From NCBI GenBank assembly GCA_032718475.1, contig JAUCBJ010007179.1, positions 144,813-208,812 on the forward strand: a stretch of DNA of 64,000 nt. The letters are read 5' to 3'. This document shows, piece after piece, positions 63,536 through 64,000 of this stretch; the stretch's first letter is position 1; the number at the start of each line of letters is the position of its first letter. The notes below the pieces were generated by a model. It was not told the DNA's origin. It was given only the letters and a program-made list of their open reading frames with translations, and made no database searches. Source of the DNA: Nemertoderma westbladi (Eukaryota > Animalia > Xenacoelomorpha). The position numbers and the translations under genes are program-made.

Positions 63536-64000
63536 ATGTCTGACACTCAGCAAAACCTGTCGGACAGTCTGATCGATACAACTATCGGTGATTCAGATAG
63601 GAGTGTGGAGCGAATAAGAAAGGAGTTCGGCTCACCTCCTACTGTAAAAAAGGTCATCCCTCCAGTAGTATCAGACCCTAGGCTAGTCCACCATAGGTCC
63701 ATCATAGGCACTAGGGCACAGGTAAAACGGGACCAAGAGGCAGTTGTCTTATCGCAGCAACATCTTGGTCAAGAACCTACTTCCCAGCGACCCGATAGCT
63801 CCAGCAGTTCGGATACTGTAGAGCTGACTCCCGAACATGGAGTGCAGATGTCTGATACAGTCTACTCGGACCCCCTTCTTACTCTTCCTGCTGCAGTGCT
63901 AACTACTATATTCATTGCGGTGGAGGAACATCAAGCCGACTGGGCGAAGAATAAGCGAGCGACCCAAGATAATTACGCGGGATACGCCAGGGAAGAATTG
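63536..64000 (+). CDS. ORF open to the window edge (155 codons, MSDTQQNLSDSL...), unknown; possibly gag/ORF1 of an element
   Basis: AAACATG start, abrupt rise in GC, no stop before 64000; Ser/Pro-rich; no recognisable domain. Confidence 0.4.
   Translation, partial: MSDTQQNLSDSLIDTTIGDSDRSVERIRKEFGSPPTVKKVIPPVVSDPRLVHHRSIIGTRAQVKRDQEAVVLSQQHLGQEPTSQRPDSSSSSDTVELTPEHGVQMSDTVYSDPLLTLPAAVLTTIFIAVEEHQADWAKNKRATQDNYAGYAREEL

Overview
AT-rich eukaryotic (most likely invertebrate animal) genomic DNA; no prokaryotic features. The window lies inside one large plus-strand gene: five symmetric phase-1 exons (15360-15494, 30106-30243, 30534-30656, 45753-45878, 54167-54289) each encode one calcium-binding EGF domain (fibrillin/fibulin/LTBP-type repeat); the gene continues beyond both ends. 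The introns are packed with repeats: a ~13.4 kb 27-bp satellite, a Penelope-like retroelement whose inverted pseudo-LTRs carry a minimal hammerhead ribozyme motif, a CRE-clade-like RLE retrotransposon interrupted by two nested insertions, an apparently intact Merlin transposon (27-bp TIRs, 8-bp TSD, 369-aa DDE ORF), a very young TRIM-like mini LTR element, several non-autonomous TIR elements, decayed RTE/L2/CR1 fragments and a decayed member of an uncharacterised XPG-like/CXC family. Most notable unexplained structure: inverted repeat pairs near the two ends of the long introns, which could fold the pre-mRNA. All calls come from reading the sequence by eye; no searches were run, so family names and some boundaries are approximate.
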